Of a stretch of DNA of 64,000 nucleotides, positions 1-12,959 are shown piece by piece. Made by a program: the position numbers and the translations under genes. Source of the stretch: Schmidtea nova (lineage: Eukaryota); the NCBI GenBank assembly GCA_044892505.1, contig CM097882.1, positions 232,562,001 to 232,626,000 on the forward strand, written 5' to 3'. Position 1 is the stretch's first letter; every line of letters begins with the position of its first letter. The notes under the pieces were generated by a model, which was not told where the DNA came from, made no database searches, and saw nothing but the letters and a program-made list of their open reading frames with translations.

Positions 1-1185
1 ATGCCATTATTTACATATTTTACAATTTCCAAACCATATCGCTGAGATTTTTATTAATATGTGTTATTTAGCATCGAAAATGTGAAAATGTATTATCGGT
101 TTTTGTATTAATTGAAAATTCCAGTCTGAAAAAGAGAAAAAATATTAAAAAGATAGTGTTTCATAAAAAAATACAATGCTTAAGAAAAAGGTTCTTCGAT
201 AAGGACACTAATATACAGTATCATTTAATTTTCAATAAAACTACTTTATTTAGACGTTATTTAATTGCATCTGGCTCGTTAAGTATAACCAGGAAATGAT
301 TCAGGAAGAGATAACCAGGAATTGTTTTAAAAATCAAAATGTTAGTTGAAACTTCGGATTACTTTTATGATTAAACACACTGGCATAATCTGTTCATTCT
401 AGTTAATGATTAACATGACATTTAAGAAGTTTCTTCGTCAAATATTTGTTATTATAATTGGTTTTTGTAAATATTCTGCATACCGAATAGCAATATACAA
501 GGATACTAACTTGCAAATTCATTGAATGCATTCAAAGTTTTCAAGTCACGATTTTGAACAAAGAATAATCAATATCATTTCCATTATTTCCATTCTTTTC
601 AACAATAGATCAAAATCTTTGCAACTAAACAAAAATTTTAGACACCAGTTTTCCTAAGTGCTATTTTTCCATTATATCAAAAATTTTAAATTTCTTACTT
701 TTTTTTCGAAATAATTAATAAATTTGTGCCTATTTTTTATTAGTTAGAAAATTTCCAGTCTGAAAAAACGAAAAAAAATTGAAAAGATATTGGTTTATAA
801 GAAAATTACAAAGTTTAAGGACGAGGTAGGGGTAAGTGTAATTTAATGACACCTGGTTCGCAAAGCATAAGTAGCAAATGATGTCCTTTTATATTCTCGC
901 CCTGCTTACATTACTTCTTTTCCTTTACTAATAACAAATATTTATAAAAAATACAGCACAAATGATAGTTAACAAGCCAACAATTGCAATTTTTTTATTG
1001 TATTGGAAATCTTACGGTGAAATTTTAAAAACTATAAAATTATTACGAGTTTGAAATTTTAGTTTGATGCTGAATGTGTATGTAATTGTTATTTGAATTA
1101 TTTAAAAAAAATAAGAAGTGCATTATTGTATTTTTACAAGTTTTCATTAAATACATTTTAAAATTTATAGTTTTATTTAGTTAAT

Positions 1186-1910
1186 ATGGAGTCAGTAAAG
1201 TTAAACATGATAACCACTAATTTGTCCATCACGACCATGGATATTTTAATGAAAAGATTGCTACCAAATAAATTCATCAGAGATTATCGAAGATTTTTCG
1301 ATGCGATAAAATACATTGGTAATAACTTTATGAAGAAGCAGAAGGTCGACCTTTTGAAGAAAAATTAAGAAATGACTTTAAGAAACAGAAATCTTTGATG
1401 GAAGATCTAACAGAAGCGTTAAATTACGTCCAAGAAGTGGAGTCAGCGGATATAGTCATTGACAAAATGAAAACTTTAACAAAAAATATGTTAAGCTTAA
1501 GTGAGAGGAAGAAGAAATTGAAAAATGCTTACTCATTCATTGCGTTTGTGATAAAGAAATTAAAAAATATAGAAATGTAAAAGATGAAAACAGCTTAGCA
1601 AATTAAAACAACAATTGAAAAATTGAAAAGTAAACAGAAAAGCAAAAAAAACATAACAAAAATCCCAGGGCCTACAATGAAGTGGTTCAACAAACTGTAA
1701 CACATAGATCATACGAAGAAGAACAAAAATTTATCAAGCGAGAATAGTAAATGCTAGAATTGTCCAGAAATAGATATAAGAAGTCAGTGCACTATAAAAA
1801 AGGAAATAAAATGTTATGAATGTGGAAAGGCTGAGCATATTCAAATATAATGTCCGAATATAGTGTTTAAAATGGTGTACATTAAAGAGTCATAAAAAGA
1901 CTGAATGTTA
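1186..1910 (+). pseudogene. Degenerate retroelement gag-like remnant with CCHC zinc knuckles
   Basis: 1812-1859 translates CYECGKAEHIQI*CP (CX2CX4HX4C with an internal stop). A second knuckle-like CLKWCTLKSHKKTEC follows at 1864-1908 in another frame. Short broken ORFs lie upstream (1186-1580). Confidence 0.45.
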
Positions 1911-2675
1911 CACTAATTTAAACAATGTAAATAAAAGAATGATTCAGTTTGAAAAAAGCAGTACAAAAAATCTGTGTTATAAATATAGTTTTCATTAATT
2001 CTCTAAAAATGAAAAAAATCAAAAGGCGAAAAAGGTTAACGATTTCAATGATTTAACACATTTATAAAATTATAATACATAATTCATTATTTTTAAACAA
2101 CTGCAGCACTAAAACTACAATAGAAAACATTGTTTGTTCGAATATTAGATTAAAAAAGATAGTCAAACGATTCTCATTATTGAGCTACATATAAATTCCC
2201 GTTAACAAATATATTTCTTTAAAAAACTTATTAAATTAAAAAAGAAGCGCGGTAAAATGGTTAAATGATAATATACTGTAATATTTTAATATAATTTTTA
2301 TCTTTGCCGGTAAATATTATGAAATCAAAGTTTATTTCAGTGTTAATAAATGTGATTAAGTAATCATAATGAAAATGCTATAATCAATTACATCACATGT
2401 TAAATAATATTACATTGGAACTGTGAACTAATGTGGATGTAACACATCAAGAATCAGCTCAATTGCAAAATTATCAAATGTGAGTTAATCATCTAAATTA
2501 TAATATTTATAACAGTAATTATATTGGAAATAAAAAAGCTTTAAAAATAAATTCAATAATGAACTTTATAAATATATAATTGAAATGAATGTCAAAATTA
2601 TTAGTGTAAGTATCGCCACTCTAAACTTTCCAAATGGCCTGATTCCTAACGAAAAAGATAAACATAGGAAAAAAA

Positions 2676-2680
<5 letters not shown>

Positions 2681-2725
<45 letters not shown>
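2681..2725. repeat. (TA)n microsatellite
   Basis: Direct reading; abuts a PLE-tail-like sequence. Confidence 0.95.
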
Positions 2726-2731
<6 letters not shown>

Positions 2732-2751
2732 ACGCCATTTATATAACATCC

Positions 2752-2794
2752 TCACCATATATTTCGACAGACTCCTTGCCATCTTCAGATATCC
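2752..2794 (-). ncRNA. Decayed minimal hammerhead-like motif in a PLE-tail-like sequence
   Basis: Minus strand reads CTGAAGA-T-GGCA-aggagtc-TGTC-GAAA-TATAT, then ...tggcgttttt+(TA)n like the tail at 23087-23162. The cleavage triplet would be ATG (non-canonical) and stem I is poor. Confidence 0.35.
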
Positions 2795-3053
2795 AGAGAA
2801 AAACTATGTTAAATTCAATTTATTGAAACAAATTATAAAATATAATAAGACAAGGTTTTAAATTTTAAATATTATTTAAATTTAATAAAAATCAATCTAA
2901 AAATTAATTTTAAAATTATTAACAAAATTACAATAATTAATAAATTTTTAAATTATTTAAAAAAAAATATTTATTTAATTTTAACAAAATCAATTTCATC
3001 ATTCAATTTAATGAATACAACAAAACATGTGCAACGGACATTTTTTGAAGCTA

Positions 3054-4297
3054 CAGGCAGTTATTTACATATTGCAGTTTATAATGAACGTCTGCAGTGC
3101 AAAATTTGAGTAGCAATGGAAACAAAGGTCACTAACTCCTTCAACATGCTGCATACACACGTATACACAAGCAAGCACGCACTCACACACAGACACACAC
3201 AGAATATGACTACTCACACCAGACATACAACAGTGAGTCATGTTAATGAAGGATTGTCATTTTCTTAGAATATGGCTACTCGGAGGGAGCTTACAGACAT
3301 TCAAAAAGGCATTATTTACGGATGTTACCTTTGTGGAAAAAGTCAGAGTGAAACTGCTGCATTGACTGGTCATTCCAAAGGAACTATTAACTACTTCCTG
3401 AGGAAGTACCGCCAAGAGCAGACATATGTCAACAAGTAACGTTCAGGCCGCCCTAAACTTCTTAGCATCCGTACACAATGGCAGTTAGACGACTTGTGGT
3501 GGCTCATCGTCAGATCCCCCTGTCCAAGTTAGTGTCCACATTTAAGACTGGCCATGTGCATGCCAGCATGTCCACCATTCGTCACGAATTACATTTTCAT
3601 GGTTTCTATGGCAGATACCATGCAAGGAAGACTTTGATTACAGAAACAATTCGTCGTCATCACTTGAAGTGGTGTCGGGAGAGAAGGAGTTGGACAGAAG
3701 AACAATGGCGCTCAGGCATTTGGAGGAGAACGATTTCACCCTGACTGCATTCAGCCAACTGTGAAATATGAAGGAGGCTCCATCATGTTTTGGAGTCTTT
3801 TCTCAGCTCATAGAACTGGCTCTCTAGTGAAGTGCAGCAATCACATGACGTCAGTGGAATACCGTGCCATTCTGGAAAATGAGCTTGTTTCCTTTCTCCC
3901 AAAAATTGAGGGGCTCATTTTCCAACAGGATAATGCACCAAACCATACTTCACACATTATGAAGGAATTCTTTCTGCAGCACGGCATCAACGATTTGGAT
4001 TGGTTTCCACAAAGCCCTAATCTGAATCCTATTGAGTTTCTGTGCGACGTTCTTGGTAGAAGAGTTCGCAAAAGGCCACCCATTTCCCTTGATTTCCTGC
4101 AAAAGTGGTCAATACAATGCCTTAACGAGTGCGCCTTGTTATCCAGATCAAAGGTAATATAACGAAGTACTAACTCTCTCAGCACTACAGACATTCAGTA
4201 TTCGTGTGTGTTTGTGACATCTGCTCCCATTACTGTTCATTATAAACTGCAATATGTAAATAACTGCCTGACTGGAGACTTTTGGTAGGCCGGGGTA
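3054..4297 (+). mobile_element. Tc1-family (DD34E) DNA transposon, defective
   Basis: 36-bp inverted repeat 3054-3089 / 4235-4270; the right end finishes ...cggggTA and the left end appears truncated. It encloses a broken Tc1 transposase. Confidence 0.8.
3272..4162 (+). pseudogene. Tc1 transposase pseudogene
   Basis: MATRRELTDIQKGII HTH start, K*RSGRP, a frameshift, GGSIMFW, and QQDNAPNH...SPNLNPIE with D-34-E spacing. The first catalytic D region is missing. Confidence 0.85.
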
Positions 4298-5012
4298 TAT
4301 AGTAAAGAAAATAATGAAACAAAATGAATGAATTTTATTTAACACATAAAGAATCACATTGTTTAGACATATTACAAATATACATTATTCCAGGACTTGT
4401 CAACATGTAGTTCGCAAATCACATGTTACTATTTTTTGTGACTCTTAGTAAAAAAAAAATAAATGTGATAATGATAATGCTTTTTACCGTTAAAAATAAT
4501 TAATTAGTTTATAAATGTTTTTAAAAAAAATAGTACTAAGTTTCTCATAAATTCAATACGAAAAATTTTCCTTGGGGTCGAAATAGACCCAGTGACGGAT
4601 GAAGGATAATAAGATATTTTACAAATTGGAAAATTGTTTTTTGAAAAATAATTATAAATTAAATAAATAAATAAAATATTCGATTTTAAATAGTAATTTA
4701 AATAGAATTTTTAAATAGAATTGTTTAAATTTCTTTAAATTAATTTAAAATAATATAAACAAGTCAAAAATTTTACAAAAAATAATTTACCAATGATAAT
4801 TCACACAAATAAAAATTTTAGGAAGTAAATCCAAGTAACATAATTTTAAACACAATATCTTTGAGAAAAACTAGTAATATAAAAATTTACTATTTTTTAA
4901 AAAAGCGGTAGCTAAATGTCTAAACAAAAGAATTAATTTTGATAATGATAATTCTTTTAATAAAATTTTAAGTTTAATTTATCTTATTTATTAATTAAAT
5001 ATTGGTCTAGAT

Positions 5013-5070
5013 CAGTGGTGTCCAAACTTTTTTGAGCCACGGCACACTTGGCTGAATTAAAAATTTTCGC
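5013..5070 (+). mobile_element. Isolated hAT (Buster/Charlie-type) terminus
   Basis: gtctagat|CAGTGGTGTCCAAACTTTTT...gcggcacac, a typical Buster-type end next to a TAGA site. No partner end found. Confidence 0.45.
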
Positions 5071-6339
5071 GGCACACCTTAATTTTTTTGTGCTTTATTT
5101 GCAATTTTTTATTGCACTTTTACTAATCTTTTAATAAGAAATGAAAAACTTATGTCGCACTAATCACAGGGCTAAATGGGCTATACCCCAGGACGCAAGC
5201 CTTTTGGGGCGGAAATTTTTATTTGCGATGCATAATATTTTTTGTTATTATTATTTATTAATCCTTTAGTTATTAGCTTTATAAAAATTTATTTTTCAAT
5301 TTATTAGTTTTCACGGATTTTTAAATTAAAACAATTTCTTAAAATATTTAACTGATTTTTATATTCAAAATGTGCTGAAATGACAAACTATATTACAATA
5401 ATTTATAATGCCATAAACTTCGATAGACGACTTAAATGCGAATAGTCCACCTATGTATACTCGCCAAAGAAAAATCTAGGAAAATAAATATCTAAGTTAA
5501 TTTTGTTTCTTGTTCGCATTAAGTATTATTTTTGTTCTTAAAGGTTTTTTAATTTAATTTTATTCAATTTTGTGTTTTTGTTTTGTATATAGGTAATAAA
5601 TTGATTTTTTTTCTAGTTCTGACACTTTTGTATAATTTTGCTGGACATCCCACTTCCGTTTGCTATCCTGTGACTTTTCTTACGAAAAGGAGCGCATTAT
5701 TTTTTTGTAGCCGACTGGCGCCGAATTTCTTAAGACGGCCCTGCCAATAGATCATGAATTATATATCCTAATTATATTATTATTTTTAAAAAAACTTCGC
5801 TTTGACAAACAAATTAAATTTTATGTTTTTATTTATTTTAAACAATGCTCATCTTATCTAATGCTGTATTACTAATGAATTTATACTAGAAAATTACAGT
5901 AATTACAGTATTATATAACTAAAATATATTGTATTTAAAAATTATAAGTTTAAAATGATTTTTCGAAAAATATAATAAATCAAAAATTCCTTAAGATATC
6001 TTGTTTTACTAAATAAAAGGCAGGGCTTGTAATAGTAATCTGGATAAAAATGCGGAAGTCTTTTTTTCATTGAATGGCTTATAAATAAACTTTGTAAAAT
6101 ATAAATATTATTATTTATTATTATTTATTATTAAAAATATTAAATTATTTAATTTTTTTTTCGTCTTTACGAAAAAATAATTCATCATTTTAGGGAATTT
6201 GGTATTGTAGATTATATGGATGATTAGTTACAGTTGGACTATTCAACACTATCCTACCAAGTCTTTCATGTTTTGTAATATAAGTGTCAGTGAAAGACTG
6301 ACAGGGAAAAGATAAGCAGATGCTAAAGCATTTTTCACA

Positions 6340-6900
6340 AAAATATATCAGGTATGATTACCACCAACAATCTTTTTATGCAATTTATAACGGATGTTAA
6401 TTTCGGCTTCACCAATTTCCCCTTTGCATTTCTTGAAAATTCATATTCAATATAAAGATTTACTTCGATTTTAAGATAAAAGGCTTGTTAATCATAATAT
6501 CGGGATAGCAAATAAGGAGTATTTCCAAATGGAATCATTATTTGATTAATATTTCTGCTATTTAAAATTTCTTTGATGGCCTTAGCACAATGACAGCTTT
6601 TACTGTCCCAGACGAGGAGTCCACTCTTTTTTTCCTCACAATACCATAGGGAAAAAGAACATCTTTTGATCGCCTCATGTATACTCTACGCCTTCTAAGT
6701 CTCCAAGACATAAATCCCGTTATTATGCTCTGCAATCTTTTATGCCCTTATTAATTATAGTACGTTTACCTTTTTGTCCATTACGTCTTATGGAATGAAT
6801 GTATTTGACTCTGAATCTTATAATAGTTCTTAGATGGTATGCTTATTTAATGAGTTCCTTTTAATTTCAATGGTAGTTTGACATCGCAGACCTATACCAT
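6340..6900 (-). pseudogene. pogo-family (DDE_1) transposase remnant
   Basis: Minus strand gives GIGLRCQTT..., LLVWDSKSCHCAKAIKEILNSRNINQIMIPFGNTPYL, then (frameshift) PDIMINKPF and NARGKLVKP. Many stops; related to the copy at 58470-59200. Confidence 0.7.
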
Positions 6901-7971
6901 AAAATCTTTAGCATATTGATATAAATTTTGCACCAATAATTTATTTACCTTTTAATTAAAATTAATATCAAACATCACTGAACAGGAATAACTGTAAAAT
7001 TAAAAGTAAGACAGTAATCTAAATGCAAGACATCTAATAGTCTTCAATAAATAAACAAAATAATTAATATTTTAAAATTACCAACGGATAAGTTGCAGGT
7101 TATATTTAGAATAAAAAATCTCAGCCACTTGTAAACGTCATTCATTTTACAAATGAAAATTTATCCTATTATTTTAAAAAATTTGAAAACAATTGTTTTT
7201 ATTTTTTATTCTCATTATGAGCGGTTGGACACAGACAAATTTCAAGCCATTTATCCCTGACCCAGTCAAAATATTTTTAATTTTTTAATTTTTTTAATAA
7301 TTTTTTTCAGGGAGAATTTACATAAAATACTTAATATTGAAATATAAAGTAAGGAAAATGCGTTAAGTATTCATTTTCAGATATGTAATTCATTTATTCA
7401 TATTAATTCATATCTATATCCGCAACTCGCACATAAGATCGGCGTTCATTTATAATATTGATCTATAAACCGAAAAAATGATGATAAAATACGGTAATTT
7501 TAAAAATTATTTCTTAAATTTGAGTAATTCTTAAGTTTGAGTAATAATTAATAAAAAAATTATTTTAATGAATAAATAATAGTAATNNNNNNNNNNNNNN
7601 NNNNNNNNNNNNNNNNNNNNNNNNNNNNNNNNNNNNNNNNNNNNNNNNNNNNNNNNNNNNNNNNNNNNNNNNNNNNNNNNNNNNNNNNNNNNNNNNNNNN
7701 NNNNNNNNNNNNNNNNNNNNNNNNNNNNNNNNNNNNNNNNNNNNNNNNNNNNNNNNNNNNNNNNNNNNNNNNNNNNNNNNNNNNNNNNNNNNNNNNNNNN
7801 NNNNNNNNNNNNNNNNNNNNNNNNNNNNNNNNNNNNNNNNNNNNNNNNNNNNNNNNNNNNNNNNNNNNNNNNNNNNNNNNNNNNNNNNNNNNNNNNNGCA
7901 GCATTAAGTATTAAATTAATTAATAAATAAGTAACAAAATAAGCCTTTTCGTCAGTGACCGAATAAATTTC

Positions 7972-8424
7972 ATGATCATCAAAGAACTTAATATCACTGG
8001 CCTTCCGATTCGTTTGGCACATAGATCTAAGACATTAAGGCAAGCTCTAGCTAACAATGCGAGAAAGGAAAATACATGTAAGATGGAAAATTGCCAAACA
8101 CCAAAGAAATTATGCTTTCGCAAGAACATAGTCTATAGCATCATGTGTAATAAATGCGAAGAAATTTACATCAGAAGCACACTTCGGACTTTGCATCAGC
8201 GAATTAAAGAACATCTTGATCCTGGTTGAAAGTCATCTGTATATAGACATCTTCACCAATGTCAGACAGAAAATAAGGAAAAATTAATATCAGTGAGAAT
8301 ATTGACAAACGAAAACGAAGAAAAAAATCTCAGACTTAAAGAAGTTATTCTCATTAGAGACAAACATTCAAAAATTAACTCTAAAGAGGAAGTTAGCGAA
8401 ATCGCCCACTTGTTATCTTGTTAA
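7972..8424 (+). pseudogene. PLE GIY-YIG endonuclease remnant
   Basis: KNIVYSIMCNKCEEIYIRSTLRTLHQRIKEH, one internal stop, then KSSVYRHL...LRLKEVILIR...INSKEE to TAA at 8422-8424. Confidence 0.8.
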
Positions 8425-8864
8425 AAAAATGTGTTTCTACAAATAAGAAAGCATAAAAGTAAAAGGAAGATATAAAAAAAGAAGAAAGAAGAGTGATAGT
8501 ACAGAGAATTTATGGGCATTTCAAAGAGATATAATTAAATTTTAAAATAAAAATAAAATAAAATTCAAATATAAAGGGTTGGAAAATTAAAAATGTAGAA
8601 TGCAGGCAATAAAAATTTTAAATTTAAAAAAAGGATTAAAAAGGATTAAAAAAAAGGATTTATTCGAAAAGAAATTTAGAAAAATTTTTAAAAATTTTGG
8701 AGTTTTTATTTTATATTTTTAAATTTTTAACAAAATAAACATTTAAAAAAACAATTAAGAATTTAAAAAATTTATTAATCCGATTAACATCCAATGAAAA
8801 GGAAGAGAAATCACGAAAAAAGAAACAACAGAATGAATGAAGATACCAGTTATTTGACGAATTA

Positions 8865-8903
8865 GAGATTGACGAGGATTATTTTATAATCGAAAAATTT
8901 CTC
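8865..8903 (+). ncRNA. Minimal type I hammerhead-like motif (U3/G8 variant)
   Basis: GAGA-TTGACGA-G-GATTA-tttta-TAATC-GAAA-AATT-TCTC. Stems I and II pair; stem III is imperfect. Confidence 0.45.
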
Positions 8904-9184
8904 ACTTAATAAAATTATTTTTGCAGCAACGGCTTATTTTGTTACTTATTTATTAATTAATTTAATAATAACAATAATAATAATAATAATTAATAAATAA
9001 TAAATTATAAAAAAATTAATAATAAACATATAAAATAAAATTTATCTTTATTTTGTTCAATTTTTCAATTGTTTATAAAAGAAGCAGAAAACTTTTATAA
9101 AATTTCTAAAACGTTTGTTCATTGGTTTAAAAAATTTTAAATCATAAATTGCATACAATTGATGATAAATTATTAATATTCAAC

Positions 9185-9253
9185 CTGCAGTGTCCCAAAT
9201 TTCGAACTTCACCACACGATTCTCTAATTGTACACTTTTTACCATAAAAGCAG
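9185..9253 (-). CDS. Rab5-like GTPase gene A, exon 2
   Basis: ttttag acceptor and GT donor, phase 1 at both ends. Encodes (A)AFMVKSVQLENRVVKFEIWDTA(G). Confidence 0.85.
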
Positions 9254-9826
9254 CTAAAACAAATAAAGAATAGTTAATAATAAAAAAACATGGCAATTAT
9301 TTAATAATTTAGAAAAGCCAATTAACTATATTCAACATAAACAATATAATTTTCAACTGAAAAAAAACTAAAAGTCTTCTTCAGGCCAGCAATTAGGATA
9401 ATGAATAATAAATAGAAAATTCTCAAATTGTATCAAAATACAAATCAATTAATTTATCAAAAATCTTTACGCATAAAATTTTCAAATTATTTCATAAAAA
9501 TATTTTTTTAAAAACAAAAATTTTTATCAAAATTAAAAACAACTTTTCTTGAAACAAAATTGAAAAATTGGAAAAAAATTCACAAAAACAAACATAATTA
9601 TACTAAAGACACAATTTACAACATCCAGCACGTGATATTAATTAAAAATTATTTCTAATTAAGAAAAATGTATTTTATTAATAATTATGAAAATTTCATT
9701 TAATATTTCTACTTCAATGAATCTTAATATTGAAAAAAATTTGATATTAATCACTAAAAAATTTTGTAAAATATTTTAAATAGTAGTAATTATTGCAGTA
9801 TTCAAATATGCAATAATTTAACAAAC

Positions 9827-9956
9827 CTCCTATTGTTGTTTCATGATTATCAATGAAAGTGTCGTTAGCAAATTTATTCATTATACATGATTTCCCAACA
9901 CAACATTCCCCTAGTATGACCAGTTTATAGCCAGTTGTAGAAAAATTTGTAAACAT
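9827..9956 (-). CDS. Rab5-like GTPase gene A, exon 1
   Basis: MFTNFSTTGYKLVILGECCVGKSCIMNKFANDTFIDNHETTIG with P-loop GxxxxGKS and switch-I TIG. The phase-1 GT donor at 9826 joins exon 2. Downstream exons were not found. Confidence 0.85.
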
Positions 9957-11898
9957 TCACTTCCAAAATATTAAATCTCTTTTAAAATGCATAAAAATAT
10001 TTTTAAATAATGATTTATTTTTATGAATTTAAATAACTTTCAATAAAAGTATTTAATACTGAAACAATAAAACAAAAATATTTAAAATCTAAATATTGTA
10101 TTTTAAATTAAAATTGTTGCGCAAAATAAAAAATTAAATTATTCAGTGTTTTAAATAATTTTTACTTATTTTGTTTTTATTATAATTTTGAGTCGATTTG
10201 GATTGGTGTTTGTGACTTTTGTGTTTAAATTTTTATTTTTCATTAGATTTTAGAGTATGTGTCCTTTTGATTTTGATTTGGAGATTTTTGATAAGCCAAT
10301 TTGATTTATGGTCTCGAGTTGTCTTTTGTTATTGTGTAGTTGAATAAATTAAGTTTTTTCTTATCAAAAAATTTCCGATTTTCATTATTGTGAATGTAGT
10401 TTTTAATCAAGTCCTAAATAAAATTTTGGCAATAGACAATGGCGGAAATTCGAGACCGGAAGTTTTATCTTTTAGAAAACCAAATCTATGAAATTTTTGC
10501 CAGGAGTTGTTTCTGCTGCCCGATGTGTTGTTGATGTATGTGTTATTAAAAATTTGTTGTTGCTAGTCTTACTTTAAACCACACACCTTCGTGAAAATAA
10601 TGAAATCCATTCACTCATGTGCGCAAAGCTAGTCGCTGATAAGTGATATGGTAATGTATGCGATAGTGCGAGAGTTCAATGAGTATGTGAACTTTGTTAC
10701 AAAAACTACTTCTATCTTTTAGGTTCCTTCTACCGATAGAAGGACTTACAGGGATAATTTCTTTATATTTTCAAGGTACCCTAAACTTTCTAATTTTTAA
10801 TGTATTTTTCACTACATTAAATTAATTAAATAAAAGCTTATACTGGTTGGTAGAGTGGTTAAACTAGTATCTTCTCGCAAATGTAAGTGTTCAAACTTTT
10901 ATTGTACATATTTAGTTAAAATAATGATTTTGAGAGGCCAATTTATACTTTTCTTTGTGTTACGCCAACGTGTGCTGTTCATTAAATAGAAATATTTATC
11001 ATTTATTTTATATATTTACTTTAATAAATAAATTTTTTATTTTAATTACTTAATTTTTTATTTATTTTTAGATAAAATTAACTTTAAAATTTATTTTTCA
11101 AAATTTTTATTATGTTATGTCAACAATTAAAAAAGGTTTTTTTTGGAAGCATATGGATGCTGAATGCCATTAAAGCTTTTGTCATGAGATAAAATATGGA
11201 AGAAGTTCGATTCAAAGAATGATTATCTACTAATACAGCAGCAGCATGAAAATCACACCGATAAGCTAAATTCAAAAATTAGGTGAAATTTTCAGACAAG
11301 AAACTTTCAGTGATTGCACCTAGTGGCCCCATTTCTATAACATCAGCATACATTAATAATAAAGATTTAAGCATAAAACATAAAACTGTGGACGAGAGAG
11401 AAAGACATATTTTATTGGATATATTTTATTTGGATATTTTATTGGTAAAAGTAATAGCATTCTCTACTATTTTACTCCTTTTATACACTCGGAAGAATAC
11501 CATAATTATCTTTTAATACTAATTTAATCTCTCCGATTTATTTCAGATTATTAGTGGGAATTATCTTAGTAAATATATCTACCGATTTATCTGGGTTGGT
11601 ACTATCGCGTAAATCATAGGGGTACGTATTATTATTTTTCCTCACATCATTTCGCAGAGCAGTTGGTACAAAATTAGCTCCGGATTTCGCCTCTTTGAAA
11701 TGTATAACCGATTTCTTGCTTCAGAAATTCTGAGAAATATATCTGACAGTCAACATCTTTTATTATAAACCATTTTGTAATTTATAATCTTTGTAATTTA
11801 ATAAATAATTTTAAACCGTATTCTGTTTTATTTATTATACACCCAACCAATATCATTTTATTTTTAATATCGTTTGGAGTTTGATATTTTGTATTAGT

Positions 11899-11901
<3 letters not shown>

Positions 11902-11958
<57 letters not shown>
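11902..11958. repeat. (TA)n microsatellite at the 3' end of PLE family 2
   Basis: Direct reading. Confidence 0.95.
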
Positions 11959-11962
<4 letters not shown>

Positions 11963-12057
11963 CATAATTATCTTTTTTCACCTTTGATCTTTTTTTATTA
12001 TTATTATCAATAATTCTCATAATGACTATAGATCAAATTTTGTTTTTATAAACAATA

Positions 12058-12090
12058 ACACAATATTTCGGCACAGCCATTATCAAATGT
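12058..12090 (-). ncRNA. Minimal type I hammerhead motif (U3-A8 variant)
   Basis: ACAT-TTGATAA-T-GGC-tgt-GCC-GAAA-TATT-GTGT; near-identical copy at 58012-58044. Confidence 0.6.
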
Positions 12091-12184
12091 GTATTTCTAT
12101 CGTTATATTTACTTAATCCTAAATAGTAGCCTTAATTATTTTTTTAATATTTTATAATGATTTTATTGGATGAAAAAATTTATT

Positions 12185-12793
12185 TTAATTTTTTTGTGCG
12201 AATTGAATGTTGATGGACGGTTTGTATTTTTTTATGTAAAAAGTCTCGGAAGCTAATCTTTGTAATGAATTTTTGAATCCCTCTTGTAGAATCTGGCATT
12301 TTGTTTCTTCTATAGATGGAGTTGTTTTATGTACTTTCTCCCAGTGTTCGTAATAATTACTGGTTTTGTTTTTAGTGTGTTCATTAAGTCGGGTGCGAAA
12401 AGTTCTATGTGTTTCTCCTATGTAAGTAGCGTCACATTTTTGACAAGAAAGTTTATATACTATATTTTTGGAAAAGCAAAAGCATCGGGTTGTGGAACGG
12501 CAAAGACATTTATGTTTGGAGATGTTGGAAATTGGTGACTTTCGGAGTTGTGATTTTAACGGTGCGGAGGTTATGAACGTTGGACGGATGTGGATAGGCA
12601 AATCTGTTTGATTAAAAATGTTGGTGATTTTGTTGGCTGTAGTGTCATTTAGGAAAGGTAATCTTAGATATGTTGTGTGTTTGTTATTGTTATTGTGTTT
12701 CTGGCGTTTCCTATTGTTGCGTTTATTGTGGTATGGTTCGTTAAGGAAGTGTTTCTTTACAAAGTCTTCAGGGTATCCATTTTGGAGGAATCG
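12185..12793 (-). CDS. PLE C-terminal linker + GIY-YIG endonuclease (5'-truncated, open frame)
   Basis: FLQNGYPEDFV...YLRLPFLND...KNIVYKLSCQKCDATYIGETHRTFRTRLNEH...ETFYIKKYKPSINIQ. The YIYI run in the ORF track is only the TA repeat. Confidence 0.85.
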   Translation of the reverse strand, partial: RFLQNGYPEDFVKKHFLNEPYHNKRNNRKRQKHNNNNKHTTYLRLPFLNDTTANKITNIFNQTDLPIHIRPTFITSAPLKSQLRKSPISNISKHKCLCRSTTRCFCFSKNIVYKLSCQKCDATYIGETHRTFRTRLNEHTKNKTSNYYEHWEKVHKTTPSIEETKCQILQEGFKNSLQRLASETFYIKKYKPSINIQFAQKN

Positions 12794-12821
12794 TATAGTC
12801 ATTATGAGAATTATTGATAAT

Positions 12822-12825
<4 letters not shown>

Positions 12826-12891
<66 letters not shown>
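12826..12891. repeat. (TA)n microsatellite at the 5' junction of PLE family 2
   Basis: Direct reading. Confidence 0.95.
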
Positions 12892-12895
<4 letters not shown>

Positions 12896-12959
12896 CGAAC
12901 CTAACAATATATTGTCTGTAAGGGTCTTATTATCTCTCTTCTTAAACATACGTATTTGA

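Larger units (their letters stand above)
7909..8967 (+). mobile_element. 5'-truncated Penelope-like element (family 1) with inverted tail segment at its 5' end
   Basis: GIY-YIG remnant followed by an AT-rich tail. 37-bp inverted repeat 7909-7945 / 8931-8967. The tail recurs at 13902-14000. Confidence 0.7.
11959..12826 (-). mobile_element. 5'-truncated Penelope-like element (family 2) between two (TA)n arrays
   Basis: GIY-YIG ORF plus tail with a hammerhead motif. 33-bp inverted tail copy at the 5' end (12794-12826 / 11998-12030). Confidence 0.85.

Noticed and set aside
116-826. Diverged ~75-bp direct repeat (116-190 / 748-826) as a possible LTR pair
   Set aside because: No TG..CA ends, TSD or PBS; too short and AT-rich to support.
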